From contig JAUCBJ010004762.1 in assembly GCA_032718475.1 (NCBI GenBank), positions 1 to 34,789 of the forward strand: 34,789 bases of DNA, in the 5' to 3' direction. The stretch is from Nemertoderma westbladi (lineage: Eukaryota > Animalia > Xenacoelomorpha). Under the pieces are notes generated by a model that saw only the letters and a program-made list of their open reading frames with translations, had not been told where the DNA came from and did not search any database. Made by a program: the position numbers and the translations under genes. This document shows, piece by piece, positions 23,601-32,600 of this stretch; position 1 is the stretch's first letter; every line of letters begins with the position of its first letter.

Positions 23601-26600
23601 GTCACTGACATGGTGTCACAGGCACGGAACATGGTGTAGACAAGACAGATAGCACAGACACTATTTATACTGCATACTGAAATACAGAACCCTTGGACTT
23701 TTGTTAGTTTGACCCTGACTGCCTGATTTGTGAAAAGAAACGCCACTGTTAGTGATTTTCAGGAAGAACTGCGTTACATGGTGGACATGTATCAACTGTA
23801 ACGCTGTTTTTGAAACCAAATTGAAATCAAATATATGTGATTCGATAGATCTGCGATTGGTCTTTCATATGAGCCCTCAATGGTGTCGATAGGATTACTA
23901 ACGCAAACGTTATCGCTATTCAAAGTAGCGTTACATTGAGGACATTCCTAATGACGGTATTTTTTGTAGATTTACGTTTTCGCACAATGCTCGAGTTCTA
24001 AAGAACGAATTCGTATAATTCTTTTACCTGCTGATAGCTAAATAAATCGCCATTTAGAAATATCTCACTTGGAGATGTTGTGAATAAATATAAAAAAACC
24101 ATGTCATGGAAACGAGCGTTACATGGTGGATAAAATCCTAGTGACGGCGTAACTAAGTTAGTAAATTACAAATGTGAGTAAAAACTTTGGTTGAAAACCA
24201 CCAATATTATGTAAAAGTAAATATGTAATGTGGGATGTTGTGGAACCTCTGCTTTCATTCCTTTAGCTCAGAAGACATAATAATTAAAAACAATTCAGTG
24301 TGAAATTTAAAAAACATGCATTTTCGACATTTTTTCGTAACTCTCTTAAGTTCTGAATGGAATCTGTATAAAATTTGCTGAAATGTGAGGAGATTTCCGC
24401 TCTTCGGATTGGTATAATAGGTTCAAGGGGTTAAATCTGTGTCGTTTGGAAATATAACGGCCATTTTGACAAAAAAGGTTTGACCACTTTTTGTGAGAAC
24501 GACCCACCAGGTGGAGCCGAGATAGTAGCATAATGTAATAAATGGGGGTGGGGTGTTCCAGAAACTAAAGCCCCATTGTCGGTGTTGGAGGGGATTTACA
24601 ATTAGTTTTAGATATTAATTAAAAAATATAATTAAGGGGCGGTTCTGCAATGAACAAGGCGAATGTTAAGACTTCAGGCTAAACTATGTCGGGCAATAAA
24701 GCTGCGATGGATGATAATTCAGATAGTGAGCAGGAAAATATCGAGTTTAGTTGGTGTCGTCGCCGGTTCGCGCGAGATGGGACCGTAACGCGTCGGGTAT
24801 GTGGGCCTGCGATCGGTCGATTCGGGCGAACAACAGATCCGGCGCCTCTATCTCGCCGCTCTGTAGCCGAGTCATCGTGCGCAGCAGGTCGTAGCAGACG
24901 CCGTCAGGGACCACCGAGTCGCGCTGGTACTCGGGGTGGGAGGTCACGAAGCTACGGATCCAACCCGCCGTGGTCCTCAGCTTACCCGAGGCCCGGTGGC
25001 CAATCAGCTTCAAGTACTGGCCGATCGTGCAGCGCGTGTCCACGTCCATGTCGGGGTGGCTTTCCACGTAGGAATAAACTAGAGGAATGAGACCGATGAA
25101 ACCTGTGGGGGATCCGTTAACAATCTCGTCGAGAGTCATCGGTCGGGTGGAGCCGATGGGGGGAGTGTCGGAGGTGGTTCCGATTTGGTTGTCGTTGACG
25201 GTTTGATTTCCGGTTAGGTTGTCGTTTCCGGTTAGATTTCCCGTCTGATTCACGTTTCCGGCCACTGAATCGTCCGCAATTCCTCCGGTTCTCCCTGAGG
25301 GCGGCAGCCCGGCGCTACAAGAATTACTCCTCGGAATAACCCGGGTACGAAAGTGAAAGCGACTGCGGCCCACCGCGTCCCGCTTCTGGCACTCCTGCAT
25401 GTTGGCGTCGACCTGCGAGATGGGCATGAGGAAGTCGAGGTTGAGCGTGAGGATGACGCGGGTGAGGAGGACTACGAAGACGACGTAGGCCGCGTTCTCG
25501 AAGTCGGTTAGCTGCAGCTCGAGGGGGCGGAATTCCACGCGCCAACCTATAGGGGAGCCGGCCGGCGGCGGTTTGAACCGCATCGTCTGCCAGTTGGTCG
25601 ACTGGATGTTCTCGAAGTGGTCCGTATCTTTCGCGTCGTCCAGCTCGAGTTTCTCCCGGTAGACGACCATGGGGTCCCGGATGAACAGATGGGCGACGTG
25701 GCGGGCGATCTGGGGCGCCACGCCCGCCGACACCAGACGCTCGTAGTAGCCGCGGTCCATCACCACCGGGATGTCGTTGTAGGGCTCGCCCTCCGCCGAT
25801 AAGTAGCAGTCTATGGAATCGTAGCGACTCTTCGGGATAACGAACTTATCGGTAGTCAGGGGCTCCAAACCGAGTTCCTACAGAATACATTTATTGGGAA
25901 ATATTATAATATAACACCAGTTATTGGTGAACGTGATAAAGAATCCTCTCTCTTGGGTGTTACCTGCAGGAATGGTGCCTCTTTAACTCCCACGGTGTCA
26001 GCCACATTCCCATAATGGACGGTACTATAATTGGAATTGCCCTATTTATTTATCGCACATTGAAATTGAAGTTTATAAATTGTTTTAATCATCGCAAAAA
26101 AAAGACTTTATTAAGGTAATAAAATATGTTGTATATTATTAGTATTATATTAACACAAAATATGAGCAGATAGATAATAAATGAGACCAAGAAACTGCAT
26201 GCAACTGACCTGTGGGGTGCGGCAGTCTACGGCTGCCGATATGACATTCCAACGGCAGTCGCAGTCCGACAGGAAACCTTTCCAGACCGGGGAGGCCGCT
26301 GTGAGGGCCAGTAGGATGGGGCACAGGGGGGCCAGTTGGTCGTAGAGCAACACGGCTTCCTGCAGACTGGAGGCCTGGAAGGTGACCTGGGCGCAGCTGC
26401 TGCCCATTCCGAAGCCCATGGCGTCCATGTAGATGTGGTCGGGTCGGGTCAGTGGGTCGTCCGGGGCCAGTCCGGGGTCCAGGAACGGGTCGGGGGTCCG
26501 GACATCTCGGAATATCGGCACCTGGATCCGGATCTTGGAGCCGCGGCGCTCCCGTATGTTCTTGGTGAGGGTTCGGAATCGCGGATGGCCTTGGCAGATC

Positions 26601-29600
26601 GCCTCGTCCGGGAAGAACAGCGAGTGGGATGCCGAGTTCAGGGGGTCTGCTTGGTAGGAGGGGAAGGTGAATGAAGGACAACCGAGTCGAGGGAAGGTCG
26701 TGAGAAGGACAAACGCCTCGGTGTCGGAGTTTAATAGTTTATTTACCTAATAAATGATTTATTAATAATATTATAATTACAGGGCTGCTGCAACTAATCC
26801 AACATACACTCTTTTCTTTTTATTTGATAAGATAAATAAATAACAAGAGACTCGAATTAGTTAAAATATTAGGGACGGCAGCATGGCTCAGATTCTACCA
26901 TTTTAAAAAATCACTTTTTTACCATTATAAAAAAAATAATCATTGATCAAAATTGTTTAATAATATCAAAGAACATTGCTTATATAAAATACAATAAATT
27001 TTTACCGGTACTACATAATGTAATTAGAATTAATCATTAATTCCCCCATCGTCATCCACCTCTGCCCTTTCCCTGTCGCTAAAATAGGTAAATATTCTCA
27101 CCAGATGTTGATCATTAAACACATAAAAAAAACAGTGCCGGATTAACCTTAAGGCATATAAGGCACGTGCCTTAGGGCCAGAAGAAAATACGGGCCAATT
27201 TTCTCAGCGAGTCATTCCTGTGAAAAAATATTATTTTTATCTGAAAAGTCCACATTTTTTCTAACTAAAATTTCTAGAAAATAGAACAAAAGTGCATTGT
27301 ATCACTAGATTTGTGGTAGAAATTGCAAAATTGTAGCTCAATCGAGCGACAGCTGCTTGTTTTATTAGTTCAAGACCTGATGGCAGGGAAATAATAAAAC
27401 ATGGGCAGTGAAACATTAAAGTGCTAATTATGAACAATGGAGAATTTAATTTTATTTATTTGTGGGGAATTATTTGTAGTTATGTACTTAAATTTTCTAG
27501 AACAACCAAATAATGACGTGGTGACATACTGGAAACACTGTACATAGTAAGTGGATGGAGATATGGTAGTGCGAAATTAATATTTTCACTGGAAACGAGT
27601 TATATAAATATAGGCCCTAATAGATAAAAAAAATGATAAATTAGTTGTAGATAAAATAGTTGTTGATAAAAAAAACGTGTCAGAAATAACTTCTTGTCAC
27701 TAATTTAATTTAACCGAAATTCAGATGTTCTGCCCTCGGGTATTGCATTTTGCATTCGATGGCATTTTAGGTGCAATTCCTGCAAAACCTAAAACACTCG
27801 GACAGCATAATTGAATTTGGGTAAATTAAAATTAGTGATAAAAAGTGCTTATTTCCGAGACTGTTCTCTTATCGAAGAACATTACTTTCTCAGCAAGTCC
27901 AAATATAGATTAGAAATATTATATCTTTGCACTAAGCCCACACTTTTGTTGTGTTATATTTCTCAGCAAGTCCAGTAAAGATAAGTACCCTGCGTAACCT
28001 ACCCTACAGCATATAAATAATACATTCCCACGATACAATCAAAATTGCTAAATACCTACAGGGACCATTCAGCTTTAAGGGGGCTAACTATAACCCCTAC
28101 AGAAATGAAATTTTCGAAAATTTACACAATTTTTTGCAGTTTGAAAGAACGGCTTTCATAAAACGTATATCGGTTTTCAACATTGAATTATTTTTTGACC
28201 TCAAAACTGCTCTTTTCAACAACATAATATATTGCTGATATTTATGCCTCTCTGTATAAAACAACCTTTTTATCAGTTTGTCGATTTTGACTTTTTTCAT
28301 CACTAAATTCCCTACTACTTTTTTATTTTTTACTCAATTTCCATTAAACATATACAAAATGTTTAGCATCTTTAGGGCTACAATCGTGAATATTGGTTTG
28401 TAAAACATGGCCATTTGGATCTTCTAGAACCGATTTTGTAACTGCTACACTTTGTCTATACAAAATAGTACTTAGTACTTATTTACACGCAGTCATCCAA
28501 CGAAAATACTTTATAATTCTTTCGCAACATTTTCACAATTTCAGTTGCTTTTAGCAGCTGTTTCTTTTGAAAGGGTTTGCGGAAAAATATCAATTTTCGG
28601 GCCATTTTTGGAAATTATTACAATGTGCCTTAGGGCCATCAGAGGCTTAATCCGGCACTGAAAAAAAAGCAACACTACAGTAGTAGCATACCGATCCGAT
28701 ATACTGATATATACTACTACTGTTCTATCATACGTAAACTTAAACCTGCCATGCTGCCTGACAGCCTGATCTACACCTAAACACTTCTACCCTCTCACTT
28801 CTATGCACTCCCACGCTTATCCTGTTCTGTTATCCACTTGTCTGCTTATCGTTTATCAATTAGGCTGTTAGGTAGGCTATGGCACGCCAGGCACGGCACA
28901 GCGTGTAGGGGTAGGGCGAGAAGGTCACCGAGCTAGATCATATACAGATATAAGCCTACTGTCAGACTGTTCTTACATGGCCTTGGCCTACCCACCTCGT
29001 TCCTTCGGATACCCATGTTCTTTTCCACGACGTTAAAGTGCGCCAATAACCCGCCGTACGGCCTCCCAGGGGTTCCCTCCACCATGTACTCCCCGTACTC
29101 ACAAACCCAATGACTGTAGTACGGGTCCTCCTGTGATGGAACTTCGCTCGCTTTCAGCAGCTCCAACAGTTCGACTCCGCGCAGTAACAGCTGGACTCGT
29201 CGGTTCGCGTGATCGAATCGCACCAACATCCCCTCGATCTCGTCGCCCCACTTTAGGGAATCGCCCCTCCGGTGTTTCAGTCGGTTCCACGAGTTTATGA
29301 ATTGCTCGATGCCGTGGACTCGGATGTACTCGGCATACGGTTTAGTTTCCGACCAATTGAGAGCGTGTCCTTCACTCAGTAAACCCATATTGAGATAAGC
29401 CTACCTGCCTACTGCTGTACTGCAGTTACTACTGACCGGACTGTACTACAACACCAGAATACTGCAATACCCAATACAGCAATACAGGCACTATACTGCT
29501 ATACTGTACTAACAGTGAAAGTATGCCTGTATGCAGTATGCTGGGTGATATAGTGGAATGTACCGGTACCTCATGGTGCCTGGCAGCTGCTGTGCTGAGC

Positions 29601-32600
29601 TGGTATTGGTATGGTATTGATTTAATGATGCTCAAAGTATAACAATAAAATAACACAATTAAATAACACAATTAAATAACACAAACATAGATGACATTAG
29701 TTACTGAGATACATACAGGCATGACATAGATTTGCAATATTAATTTGGCGCTATAAAAACAGTATTATTACAAAGTTATTATTAAGATACATTGCGCACC
29801 AGGGATAGCCTCTTAAGGCGAACCTTGTTTCCGAGAGGATCCGGTTTGTTCTAAAGATAAAATTACAGTATTTACAGTTTACGTTTACATAAATAGACTA
29901 TAAAATATGTATTTACATGCATAAAATACGGTAATAAAAATTTTGGTGCTTGAAAATATTAAAAATCAGATGCGATAAATATGTTCGAGCCGTTCGCAGT
30001 CCAATTTAAAAAATATAATTCTTGAATAAAATAATAATTAAACCGTGAAGTTATAAAAGTATGAAATAAAACAAAAAGTGTGTGACTATTTACATTTCTT
30101 GCATAAAGTAATAAAAAATTTAGGGCCACGGACAAAAATATTATAAAACTGATTCAGTAATGTAGGATATCATTCTTTAAATATTCGTGAATGAGGTGCT
30201 TTGATATAAATTTAAAAAATAGTTTATTTTGGTAAGTAAAATTGTGTGTGAATGTTATAGTTTTAAAAATAGATCTTAAGATAACTAAAAAAAAGCAGGG
30301 CGAGATGTTAATCAAATGAGCACAGGTAATGTGATTTTACTGCGTGTTTGAAGGCATCCACAGATACTGACTCGGTTACATTGCGTTGCGCGGTAGGCTA
30401 TCCCAGAACGCCGGCCCCTTATAGTCAAAGGAAAGTTGACCAAAGGCTGTGTTTCTGTGCGGGATGACCGCTTTCGATTCGGGGGGCGTGCGTGGCACGT
30501 GTAAACCATTTCTCGTATGTTAGCTCGGGGTGATGTTATGGTGAGTTTTGTACATTATGGTTGCCTGACGGGTAACCAGTTAATTGCACGGAAATGAGAA
30601 TTGTCGATGTGGGTGCGGCTGTCCAATCCTAGACAATACCGGATACATTTCCGTTGTGCCTCCTGTTTGTTTCTCCACTAATGGAGTGGAACCACACTGC
30701 TGACGCATATTCCATTAGCGGTAGTGTATTGTACAGTACGAATTTAATTATCCATTCACCTGGACCCACATTGGGACATTTGGTTCCAAGTGTATCTACT
30801 CAGAAAATCGTCTTCCTAGAGAGAGTATTTTTACATTAGCCCTATGGGACAGCGGCTAGGCCAGCAACTAGGCCTACTGTTATGAAATGTCAATCATTCA
30901 ATGTGAAGAGCTCTGATATGTGTGGTGGATGGGCTGTGCGTCTAAAAGGGCGCTTTCTGGCTGGTTCTGCTAACTGCTAACAGTTATATGTGCTCTGATG
31001 CTACTCTAGGCTTCCTTCCACCTGTGCCTTTATAATGTATAATGTTTTACATGGTTTCCTAATAAACCATAATTCATGTAATTGGCGCGGTTGAGGTTAT
31101 AAACAAAAAATGTATTAGTTATCATAAGTTATTACTGTAGTAAACAAGATGTGTATTTACTTTCATATAATATCATGAACTCTATTAAAATTACATAATT
31201 AGTTCACACTTTAAAATTAAACTATAAAAGCGGAGACATTAAAAGCGAATAAAATAAATAAATAAAATTAAAAATTAATTAAAAACTCAGAATTACTATT
31301 CTTTATTGCATACAATAAATTTCATTACGATTTGTAATATAGAAATAATAGCGATCTTGTTTCTATTGCCGGTATGTTACAGATTATTAATTTGTTTAAG
31401 AAATAATATACTTTTTCTCACTTCTATGCTGTATTTATTATATTTATTTAAGTTACTGTATAGGGCATCGCCACGTGAAATTTAACCGTGAGTTACCCTT
31501 CTTTATTATTGTCGCAACCATTCATTCGCCGTTTAGAGTTTTATCCAGTTTGCAACCGAGGTAGTTGACAGAGTCCCTGTTCGCTATTGGTTTCCCGTTG
31601 CATGTAACGCTTACTGTAGTGGTTCATTTAGTGCTAATCGTTGAGCTGTTCCGAATAGGATGCATTCGCTTTTACCTAAGTGGAGAGTTAGGCGGTTGTC
31701 GATGAGCCACGCATGAGTGCATTCGAGATTCCGAGTTAGTGTTTCCGATATGCTCTTTGAGTCTGAACCAGCGGCTAAGTGCGATGTCATCTGCGAATAT
31801 CGGGGTGGGGCAATCTACGGCTTGATCAGAGTCATTAGTTTGCGAGAGAAAAAGTAGGATCGCTAAGAGAGTTCCTTGTGGTAGACCATCATCCAGTGCT
31901 CGTTGATCTGATTCGACACCCTGGATGCTTACGACTTGAGATCTACTGTATTTGATAGGTAGGATTCTATCGCTTTGTTATCGAAACCCATGTACAGTAT
32001 TTCAGTTTAGTTTCATTAGTAGTGTGCTGCGATTCACCGTATCATAAGCTTTCTTGAGGTCTATTAACACCATCCCAGTTAACTGGCCACCATCTGCTGC
32101 TGATCGGATGACAGTGTCTACTGTATAAATATCAGGCATGTTTCAGTTGAATTGCCTTTACGAAAGCCACTTTGAAGGGCAAATATAATTGAGTTTGATA
32201 TCAGGTAATGGTACATTTGATCGTAGATCACTTTTTCTAAAATCTGTGAGTATCGGTAGTAGTGCCACAGCTCTGAAGTTTTCGCGTTTTTTGAGTTTGT
32301 GTGCTTCTCTTTTAGATTGGTGTCACTTTGGCTAATTTATCGATGAAGGCAATTTACATGTTCTAATGGAGATATTTATAATGTGTGTTATTTCTTTTGT
32401 CAGACCAGTGTAGCCATCCTTGTATATTTTTGCTGGTATACCATCATTGCCGGGACTTTTATCAGGATTCAGGTCGCATTCGCATAGGATATGGGTAGAT
32501 CTATAAAAATCGAACGGATAAAGTGGTAGGCATTCTGTATTCACCCGCGGTACCATAGTGTATTTTTTTTTTTTTTATGATAAAAATGAAATGAAATATT

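Noticed and set aside
24686-26681. Alternative-frame and antisense ORFs over GCLC (e.g. 24686..25090+, 26145..26681-, 26336..26674+)
   Set aside because: They are by-products of GC-rich coding sequence and show no recognisable motifs.
29389-29780. Nrf2-type antioxidant response element upstream of GCLC (also checked just upstream of SELENBP1)
   Set aside because: The TGAC words I inspected do not complete TGACnnnGC, so no regulatory site is called.
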